From assembly GCA_002269645.1 (NCBI GenBank), contig NIVC01000735.1, positions 372,001 through 436,000 of the forward strand: DNA of 64,000 nt, read 5' to 3'. This document shows positions 54,814 through 64,000 of the stretch, in pieces. The notes beneath the pieces were generated by a model that worked only from the letters and a program-made list of their open reading frames with translations, searched no databases and was not told where the DNA came from. Origin of the DNA: Macrostomum lignano. Taxonomy: Eukaryota. Every line of letters starts with the position of its first letter. Position 1 is the first letter of the stretch. The translations under genes were made by a program, and so were the position numbers.

Positions 54814-57800
54814 CTCTGAGCTGTATGATCGAATTGGCGGCACTGAGCTGGGCGCCTCCCTGCTGTGCACCGCCAATCCCGAGCAGCAGCTGCAGGTCAC
54901 TCACTGGGTTCGCTACTCCCTGCTCCACCTGCGCCAGCGGCCTGACCTGCTGGCCTCTGCGCTGGCCCACGCCACCTACCTGGTGGGCGGCAGCCTCAGC
55001 CTGGCCGACCTGGCTGTCTGGGCGCAGCTCAGCTGCTGTCCGCGCTGGCAGGCCGCCAGGAAAGCCGGCGCCGCTCAGGCTGAGATCGAGCGGCACTTCC
55101 GGCTGATTGGCGCCGAGGTTGGCGACGCTGTTGGCGCGCTGAAAGCCCCAGCGACTGCGGCACCGGGCGATAGCGGCGCCGCTGGCATGAAGTTCGAGGA
55201 GGGCGGCAAATTCCGCGACCTCTCTGGTGCCGTGCACGGCGAGGTGGTGGTTCGATTCCCGCCCGAGGCCAGCGGCTACCTGCACGTCGGCCATGCCAAA
55301 GCCGCGCTGTTGAATCAGCATTACAGGAACAGCTGCGGCGGCCGTCTCATCATGCGATTTGATGACACTAATCCGGCCAAGGAGACTGCCGAGTTTGAGC
55401 AGGTTAGAATGCCAGTTTCGCGTGTCCCAGTGTCTCTAACGTACCATTTGGCAGCTGCATGCTGAAGTACTCAGGGTAGGTAGATGCACTTCTAAAGTAC
55501 TTAAGGCAGGTACATTTGGATGCACTTCTTAAGTACTCGGGCCCCGTTTCTGTGCTGTAATTGGTCCATACCCCAATGGTGCTATTTCTAAAATCCACGG
55601 TACCAATGTGTAATTTGGAGTATTGGAGTCTCTAGTTTTTCAGTGCGACGCGACTGCTTCCCTCAGGTAATCCTAGAGGACGTGGCCGCCCTGGGCATCA
55701 CCTACGATCATTTCTCGCACACGTCCGACCACTTCGACCGGATGATGCAGCTGTGCGAGCGAATGCTGCGCGAAGGCAAGGCTTTTGTTGACGACACGGA
55801 CCCAGAGGCCATGAAGGCCGAGCGGGAGAAGCGGGTGGAATCCCGCAATAGAAACAATTGTGAGTGTAAAGCTTTACCTTAGCTATAATACTACTGGCTT
55901 CAGTAGTCAGTTTGGTTTATTTCACTGAACTCCGACTCCATCTCCCCTGGTCAGCCGTGGAGCAGAACATGCGCCTGTGGGAGGAGATGAAGGCCGGCAC
56001 TCCGCTGGGCTGTCGGTGCTGCGTGCGCGCCAAAATTGACATGCAATCGGACAATGGCTGCATGCGCGATCCCACCATCTACAGGTGCAAAAATGAGCCG
56101 CATCTGCGCACCGGTACTAAGTACAAGTGAGTGCTGTTGGAGTAGCAATAAGTAAATCTGCTGAATTTATGACAATCCAGCATCAGTAACTGACTTTTCT
56201 AACCGTCATTGAAGAGTCTACCCGACCTACGACTTTGCCTGCCCGATTGTGGACTCGCTGGAGGGCGTCACGCACGCCCTGCGCACCCTGGAGTACAAGG
56301 ACCGCGATGCCCAGTACAATTGGTTCATTGACGCGCTGGGTGAGCTGACACAGCTGACCTACTTGATCACTACTTGCACCAAATGTGAAACATTAGTCAC
56401 TGAGATTTCTTGTCGGTCTTTCTGTTTTTGAAGGTCTTCGCCGGCCCCTGCTAGAGGAGTTCAGCCGACTGGCCCTGCAGAACACGGTGCTGAGCAAGCG
56501 CAAGCTCACCTGGTTCGTGAACGAAGGCCTGGTGGACGGCTGGGACGATCCCCGATTCCCCACCGTGCGGGGCATCCTCCGGCGTGGCATGACGCTCGAG
56601 GGCCTGCGGCAGTTCATCCTGGCCCAGGGATTCGCCAAATCCAACGCCACCATGGAGTGGGACAAGATCTGGGCGTTCAACAAGAAGGTGATCGACCCGG
56701 TGGCGCCCAGGTACACGGCGCTGTTCAAGAAAGAGGCTGTGCCGGTCCGAGTGACCAACTTTGACCGCGCCGAGCCCTACAGCTCCAAGGCGAGTCCTAG
56801 GTTTATTATTGTTTTAGCATGACGAAGTTTTGTTCTTTAGAATGCTTTTTTAGTTTTTTACGCAGCGTCCGTGCAAATTAATAATCAGCCGCTCCACCTT
56901 GCAGGTTGCGCTGCACCCAAAGAACGCGGACGTCGGCACTAAAACGATGTGGCACTGGCGCGAATTGCTCATTGAAGGCGCCGACGCACAGACTCTGCAC
57001 GAAGGCGAGCTGGTCACCTTCATCAACTGGGGCAACCTCTGCGTTACCCGCCTGGTCCGCGCGCCAGACGGCCGAGTCACAGAGGTTGAGGCTGAGCTTC
57101 GGTTGGACAACACAGACTACAAGAAGACGCTGAAGGTCACGTGGCTGGCAAACCTGCCCGCCAACCTGGTGCCCGCCGTGTGCGTCCACTACGATCACAT
57201 CATCAGCAAGCCGCTGGTGGGCAAGGACGAGGACTTCCGGCAGTTTGTGAACCGGAACTCCAAGAGACAGGAGCTGATGCTGGGTGATGAAGGACTGGCC
57301 AACCTCCGCAAAGGCGACATCATCCAGCTTCAGCGGCGCGGCTTCTTCATCTGCGATGAACCAGCAGGCGAGAGCGCGTACTCGGGCTGCGCCATGCCCT
57401 GCTACCTCATTGCCGTGCCCGACGGCCACCAGAAGGAGATGCCCACTTCCGGGTCCAAGCACAAGGAGGCTCCGGCCGGCCAGGAGGCCAAGGCAAGCAC
57501 CGGCGGCCGCGTCTCCTCGAAGGGCGCGGCAGGCAAGGCGGCCTCAAAGAAGGCCTCGTCACCGCCGGCCGTGACAGCAACGGTTAATGGCGGCGGTCCA
57601 GGACCAGACGCTAGAAGCCTTGACCTGCTGCGGCAGATTGAGGCGCAGGGCAACCTAGTGCGCGAGATGAAGGCCGCGAAAGCTGACAACGTGAGGATAA
57701 TTAGAATGATTCATAAATTCTCCATTGTAAACTAGCCATGCGTTTTGGCCTTGCAGATTCACGCGTGTCGCTATCAGCATCTCTCTAACCTTCTCTTTTT

Positions 57801-60800
57801 GATTAAATACAGAATGCTGTACAAGTCGAGTTGAAAAAACTGCTGCAGCTCAAGGCGGACTTCAAGTCTCACAGCGGCCAGGACTGGAAGCCCGACCTGC
57901 TGCAGAAAGCCTCAGCTGCCGACCCAGCAACCGCAGCGGCGCCGCCTCCTCAGGGCTCGGGGCTGCAGCAGTTCAAGCCGCTGCTGGAGAAAATCGCAGC
58001 ACAAGGCGATCTGGTCAGGGATCTGAAGGCGAAGAAGGCGGACCAGGTGAGCTGCGTGAGCCTGTTTGAGTAGGGAATTGAGCTGACCAGAGTGATGAAC
58101 TCACAGTTGCACTGAGACAGCGCAGTGATGCAAGTCATCTGTGTGCACTCTAATTTTTTTCTGATGCTGGTCGCTCCATCACTTGCAGCAGGCATTCAAT
58201 TTGTCAATTTAGTTGGGTAACTGGGTGTGTTGCTATGGGATACTCTGTAACTGGGTGTGTTGCTGTGGTAGACTCGGTAACTGGGTGTGTTGCTGTGGCA
58301 GACTCGGTAACTGGGTGTGTTGCTGTGGGATACTCGGTAACTGGGTGTGTTGCTGTGGTAGACTCGGTAACTGGGTGTGTTGCTGTGGGGGATACTCGGT
58401 AACTGGGTGTGTTGCTGTGGGATACTCGGTAACTGGGTGTGTTGCTGTGGCATACTCGGTAACTGGGTGTGTTGCTGTGGCAGACTCGGTAACTGGGTGT
58501 GTTGCTGTGGGATACTCGGTAACTGGGTGTGTTGCTGTGGGATACTCGGTAACTGAGTGTGTTGCTGTGGGATACTCGGTAACTGGGTGTGTTGCTGTGG
58601 GATACTCGGTAACTGGGTGTGTTGCTGTGGTAGACTCGGTAACTGGGTGTGTTGCTGTGGGATACTCGGTAACTGGGTGTGTTGCTGTGGTAGACTCGGT
58701 AACTGGGTGTGTTGCTGTGGGGGATACTCGGTAACTCGGTGTGTTGCTGTGGGATACTCGGTAACTGGGTGTCTTGCTGTGGTAGACTCGGTAACTGGGT
58801 GTGTTGCTGTGGGATACTCGGTAACTGGGTGTGTTGCTGTGGTAGACTCGCTAACTGGGTGTGTTGCTGTGGGATACTCGGTAACTGGGTGTGTTGCTGT
58901 GGTAGACTCGGTAACTGGGTGTGTTGCTGTGGGATACTCGGTAACTGGGTGTGTTGCTGTGGTAGACTCGGTAACTGGGTGTGTTGCTGTGGGGGATACT
59001 CGGTAACTGGGTGTGTTGCTGTGGGATACTCGGTAACTGGGTGTGTTGCTGTGGGGGATACTCGGTAACTGGGTGTGTTGCTGTGGTAGACTCGGTAACT
59101 GGGTGTGTTGCTGTGGGATACTCGGTAACTGGGTGTGTTGCTGTGGTAGACTCGGTAACTGGGTGTGTTGCTGTGGGATACTCGGTAACTGGGTGTGTTG
59201 CTGTGGGATACTCGGTAACTGGGTGTGTTACTGTGGGGGATACTCGGTAACTGGGTGTGTTGCTGTGGTAGACTCGGTAACTGGGTGTGTTGCTGTGGTA
59301 GACTCGGTAACTGGGTGTGTTGCTGTGGGATACTCGGTAACTGGGTGTGTTGCTGTGGGGGATACTCGGTAACTGGGTGTGTTGCTGTGGGATACTCGGT
59401 AACTGGGTGTGTTGCTGTGGGATACTCGGTAACTGGGTGTGTTGCTGTGGTAGACTCGGTATCTAGGTGTGGTGCTTCAATGGCTTAAAGTATAACTTGC
59501 TCAATTCCGAATGCAATGATGACTCAAAGTCGCACTGATTACACATCTGTAATGATGTCAATCTACCTTTAATTTTACTGAAGCATTCGGACTCGTCGGT
59601 TCGAATTCAGAAAAGTGAACACTGTCGCATTTTTCTTAGAGACGGTCGGCTGTGCGCACACTGGCTGCATTTCAAGCGACATGCCATATTTTCACAATCG
59701 GCGAGATTCATTACTGCCCATTCTGCCGACTTCTGTGCAGGCACACACTCACATAGGGGTGCACAGCGGCCCTAAATTTGTTTATCGATTGGCATGTTTA
59801 CTTCACTGTGCTTTGGGGGTTGGCCATCAAGTGCGTTAATCGCACGAGCAGACCTAAGCCGAGATTGCAATTTAGAGCTTAGAATCGAGTCTGAGCCGCT
59901 GGCACATCAAAGCGCCGCGCTAGGCCCATCAGTGCAGCCGCTCCCCCAACCTCACTGTGAACCTTCAGGCCGCAATCAAGTCGGCAGTGGACCAGCTGCT
60001 GCAGCTCAAGGCGGACTTCAAGTCTCACAGCGGTCAGGACTGGAAGCCCGAACTGCTGCAGAAGGCCACCCCTGCCGCCCCAGCTGCCGCCCCAGCAACC
60101 GCAGCGGCGCCGCCTCCTCAGGGCTCGGGGCTGCAGCAGTTCAAGCCGCTGCTGGAGAAAATCGCAGCACAAGGCGATTTGGTCAGGGACCTGAAGGCAA
60201 AGAAGGCGGACCAGGTGAGCTGCGTGAGCCTGTTTGAGTAGGGAATTGAGCTGACCAGAGTGATGAACTCACAGTTGCACTGAGACAGCGCAGTGATGCA
60301 AGTCATCTGTGTGCACTCTAATTTTTTTCTGATGCTGGTCGCTCTTCTGTTTCTATCGTGCTTTGCTATACTTCAGTTCTGAAGTCGAGTTCTGTAGGTC
60401 TTTAATTTAGGTTTCTAGCCGATTATCCGGTTCAGCCGAGTGCAGCAGCTACTTCCACGCCGTTTTGCACTGAAGCATTTGAGAATTCAGAGCCACATGC
60501 TCTGACAATGCGCTCGTATAGAGAGCTCAATTAGTTTGAATGGCGCGTGAGCATCAGAGCCACATGCTCTGACAATGCGCTCGTATAGAGAGCTCAATTA
60601 GTTTGAATGGCGCGTGAGCATCAGAGCCACATGCTCTGACAATGCGCTCGTATAGAGAGCTCAATTAGTTTGAATGGCGCGTGAGCATCAGAGCCACATG
60701 CTCTGACAATGCGCTCGTATAGAGAGCTCAATTAGTTTGAATGGCGCGTGAGCATCAGAGCCACATGCTCTGACAATGCGCTCGTATAGAGAGCTCAATT

Positions 60801-62280
60801 AGTTTGAATGGCGCGTGAGCATCAGAGCCACATGCTCTGACAATGCGCTCGTATAGAGAGCTCAATTAGTTTGAATGGCGCGTGAGCATCAGAGCCACAT
60901 GCTCTGACAATGCGCTCGTATAGAGAGCTCAATTAGTTTGAATGGCGCGTGAGCATCAGAGCCACATGCTCTGACAATGCGCTCGTATAGAGAGCTCAAT
61001 TAGTTTGAATGGCGCGTGAGCATCAGAGCCACATGCTCTGACAATGCGCTCGTATAGAGAGCTCAATTAGTTTGAATGGCGCGTGAGCATCAGAGCCACA
61101 TGCTCTGACAATGCGCTCGTATAGAGAGCTCAATTAGTTTGAATGGCGCGTGAGCATCAGAGCCACATGCTCTGACAATGCGCTCGTATAGAGAGCTCAA
61201 TTAGTTTGAATGGCGCGTGAGCATCGTGGACCTCGAAGTCGTTTGGTGCCATCAAATTTATCTGGGGCATGCATTTCTGCTCCTATTGCTGAAGCTGTTC
61301 CACCAGATGCTGATATCCAGAGTTGTAAAGCTGCAAGGGGAACATGAGCTCAGGATTACCAGAGTATCGCTGAATTCCCGGCGATCCGCAGCCGTCGCCA
61401 TAGTTATATCCGTCACAACCTTTGTAATTGCCGCATTAAAAGCTCATTCCCAGTTTGTAGCTCCACGGCTGTTGCATTTCGTCGTCTGACCCAGGTGTTT
61501 GGTGTGGGCAATGCACAATTCGAAGAAAGATCATTCACATTCATTGTCTGCACGCTGATTTACCGTAGTCTATGGTGAAATATATGTTAAGCCATCAATT
61601 TTTTGTGCACTCTAATTTTTTTCTGATGCTGGTCGCTCCATCACTTGCAGCAAGCATTCAATTCGTCAATTTAACTGGGTGTGTTGCTATGGCATACTCG
61701 GTAACTGGGTGTGTTGCTATGGCAGACTCGGTAACTGGGTGTGTTGCTATGGGATACTATGGGATATGGGATATCACTTGCTCAATTCCGAATGCAATGA
61801 TGACTCAAAGTCGCACTGATTACACTTTGTAATGACGTCAATCTACCAATGAACACTCTAATTTTTTGCTGATGCATTCGGATTGGGTTGAAAAGTGATT
61901 GGTTAAAAGTGGGACTTGACAATTCCATTCCAGCTGGTCATTGATCCATCCATCTCCGCTATCCTCAGGCGGCGGTGAAGCCTGCTGTTGATCAGTTGCT
62001 GGCGCTGAAGGCGGAGTTCAAGGCCCAGTCCGGCATGGACCACAAGCCGGACCTCATCAAGCAGCTGGACCAGCAACTGCAGGCAGCAGGCGCTTCCGTC
62101 GGCCTGGACCAGCTGCGGCAGATCAAGGCGGCCGGAGACCGGGTGCGCGCAATGAAGGAGTCCGGCGCTGGCAAGGCGGAACTGCAGCCGGCCCTGGACC
62201 AGCTGATGCAGGCGAAGGCGCAGTTCAAGCAGGCCACGGGCAAAGAGTACAAGCCGGAGATGCTGAAGACTCTGACTTGA
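54814..62280 (+). CDS. EPRS: Cytosolic glutamyl-tRNA synthetase (GST-like N-domain, class I catalytic domain, anticodon-binding domain, 4 WHEP repeats); the GluRS half of EPRS; 5'-most exon(s) not secured
   Basis: Exons 54814-55402, 55667-55859, 55955-56126, 56215-56339, 56434-56789 (GC donor), 56905-57690, 57813-58046, 59969-60214, 61969-62280 (TGA). Motifs [70 protein letters not shown]. An upstream in-frame candidate exon lies at 54661-54721. Confidence 0.93.
58215..59460. repeat. 29-31-bp minisatellite (AACTGGGTGTGTTGCTGTGGGATACTCGGT)n in a GluRS intron; short related copy at about 61672-61750
   Basis: Directly visible. Confidence 0.96.
60488..61224. repeat. 11 apparently identical 67-bp tandem units in a GluRS intron
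   Basis: Unit CAGAGCCACATGCTCTGACAATGCGCTCGTATAGAGAGCTCAATTAGTTTGAATGGCGCGTGAGCAT, with no spacers. Confidence 0.95.
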
Positions 62281-62809
62281 ATCAACGGGTTTATGAAATC
62301 GCCGCATGCTCAGCATCTCATTAATTCTATTCTTTAGTAAATTACGAGTGCTCTGCAAGCCGATGGCAACATTGAAGCTTTGTGATCTATCTTTCGCTGG
62401 TCTGTCTGATGTTGGTGTGACTGCCGTGTATGAGTGAGGTTATGGTATATCCAAAATTTACAATTAGTAAAGCAAGTTCAATAAGCACCAATGCTATGTT
62501 GTCAGTAGTGTCAGTTTTTCATGATTTTGCTTTTTCCCATGCGTTTTTTCTTTTCCCCTATTATTTGCCCTTTGACCTTTCTGTCCTGCTCGCATTCTTC
62601 CGCCCGAGTCGAGGGTTTCATTTGATCCTGCGCATCAACAGCGAAGCAAATCAAATACAGACTGAGAGAGATTCAATGTAACTGCTTTACCTGCCTGACC
62701 TGTTTGACTGGATTCACTTGTATGCGACTTTTTCTTTTGGAGCTTTAAAGTTTATTCTAAACTTTGGGAATTTCCTTCCAATTACTGACTCTGTGCTACT
62801 GTCCGCCTC

Positions 62810-63385
62810 ACCTTCTCTCATCTATCTCTCTTCTCTCCTCTGACTCCCCTTCTCCCATCACTGACTCTCCCCTTCTCTCATCACTGACTCTCCCCTTCTC
62901 TCATCACTGCCTCTCCCTTCTCTCATCACTGACCATCCCCTTCTCTCATCACTGACTCCCCTTCTCTCATCACTGACTCTTCTCTTCTCTCATCACTGAC
63001 TCTCCCCTTTTCTCATCACTGACTCTCCCCTTCTCTCATCACTGCCTCTCCCCTTCTCTCATCACTGACTCCCCTTCTCTCATCACTGACTCTTCTCTTC
63101 TCTCATCACTGACTCTCCCTTTCTCTCATTACTGACTCCCCTTCTCTCATCACTGACCCTCCCCTTCTCTCATCACTGCCTCTCCCCTTCTCTCATCACT
63201 GACTCTCCCCTTCTCTCATCACTGACTCCCCTTCTCTCATCACTGCCTCTCCCCTTCTCTCATCACTGACTCTCCCCTTCTCTCATCACTGACTCTCCCC
63301 TTCTCTCATCACTGACTCTCCCCTTCTCTCATCACTGACCCTCCCCTTCTCTCATCACTGACTCTCCCTTCTCTCATCACCGACT
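62810..63385. repeat. About 20-22-bp pyrimidine-rich minisatellite (CCCCTTCTCTCATCACTGACT) between the GluRS stop and the ProRS start
   Basis: Directly visible. Confidence 0.93.
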
Positions 63386-63536
63386 CTCCTCATTGCCATT
63401 CTTCATTCCATCTCTTAAAAGCCCAGCTAACTTTTCTAAATAGTTTTGATTTTGCTCACTAGAGGCATCCGAGTGCAAGTCTCTGACACTACTAACAGTA
63501 GTACCCGAATCGCCCCATGCCGGTGGCAGACGCGGA

Positions 63537-63842
63537 ATGGCTGACGCGGACGCGATTAAGAGTGAAATCGACCAGCTGGGAGACAAGATTCGCGGCTTGA
63601 AGGCTGGCGGAGCCGACAAGTCTGTGGTGGACATTGAGGTGGCCGCACTAAAGGAGCTGAAGCAGCGCTACAAAGACCTCACTGGGGTTGAACTGGCCGG
63701 CGGCCGGCCAAACAAGAAGACCAAGGAGACTGCAAAGCCCCCGCCAGTCCAGGACGACCAGGACGATGCGGGCCGGAAGCACCAGACTCGGCTGGGCATG
63801 GAGGCTAGCAAGGCGGACAACCTGGCCGACTGGTACTCGCAG
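63537..63842 (+). CDS. EPRS: First coding exon of a WHEP plus prolyl-tRNA synthetase (ProRS half of EPRS); continues beyond the window
   Basis: MADADAIKSEIDQLGDKIRGLKAGGADK...ALKELKQRYKDLTG is a WHEP domain. [21 protein letters not shown] matches the start of EPRS-type ProRS ([21 protein letters not shown]). Phase-0 donor CAG|GTGAGT at 63843. Confidence 0.9.
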
Positions 63843-63874
63843 GTGAGTTCACTGTTGTGACTCACTGACAGCTG

Positions 63875-64000
63875 CCCCTGAGAATCGCCCATCGAATCGC
63901 CCCTGAGAATCGCCCATCAAACCGCCCCTGAGAGTCGCCCACATCAAACCGCCCCTGAGAGTCGCCCCCATCAAACCGCACTAAAGAATGGCCCCATCAA
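63875..64000. repeat. Start of an intronic minisatellite (GCCCCTGAGAATCGCCCATCAAACC family)
   Basis: Directly visible and truncated by the window end. Confidence 0.7.

Noticed and set aside
60488-61224. CRISPR-like array
   Set aside because: Units are contiguous and identical with no unique spacers, there are no cas genes, and the context is a eukaryotic intron.
58047-63462. Fused EPRS by skipping the stop-containing exon
   Set aside because: The upstream donors are phase 0 and all visible acceptors before the ProRS ATG are phase 1, giving a frameshift.

Overview
Eukaryotic (metazoan) genomic DNA with spliceosomal introns. GC3-rich exons and minisatellite-filled introns resemble the flatworm Macrostomum (inference from style only). 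Nine protein-coding loci were reconstructed by hand with phase-consistent splice sites. Plus strand: a CREC-family EF-hand protein ending in HDEL, a small PDZ protein, and a secreted fibrinogen-related protein. Minus strand: CALML4-like, striatin, an intronless ankyrin-repeat gene, and an NKRF-like dsRBD/R3H-like protein. Plus strand again: a glutamyl-tRNA synthetase with 4 WHEP repeats that ends in a stop codon, followed about 1.3 kb later by a separately initiating WHEP-prolyl-tRNA synthetase. This apparent in-place fission of the normally fused animal EPRS is the most notable observation. Three strongly AT-rich, CpG-poor, MITE-rich blocks (about 21-24 kb, 27-35 kb and 46-54.7 kb) contain or abut gene 5' ends, including an AT-rich striatin exon 1. 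They carry Mutator-type MITEs with 9-bp TSDs and a Merlin-like element. There is no CRISPR array and no true tRNA or rRNA gene. All coordinates were counted by eye.
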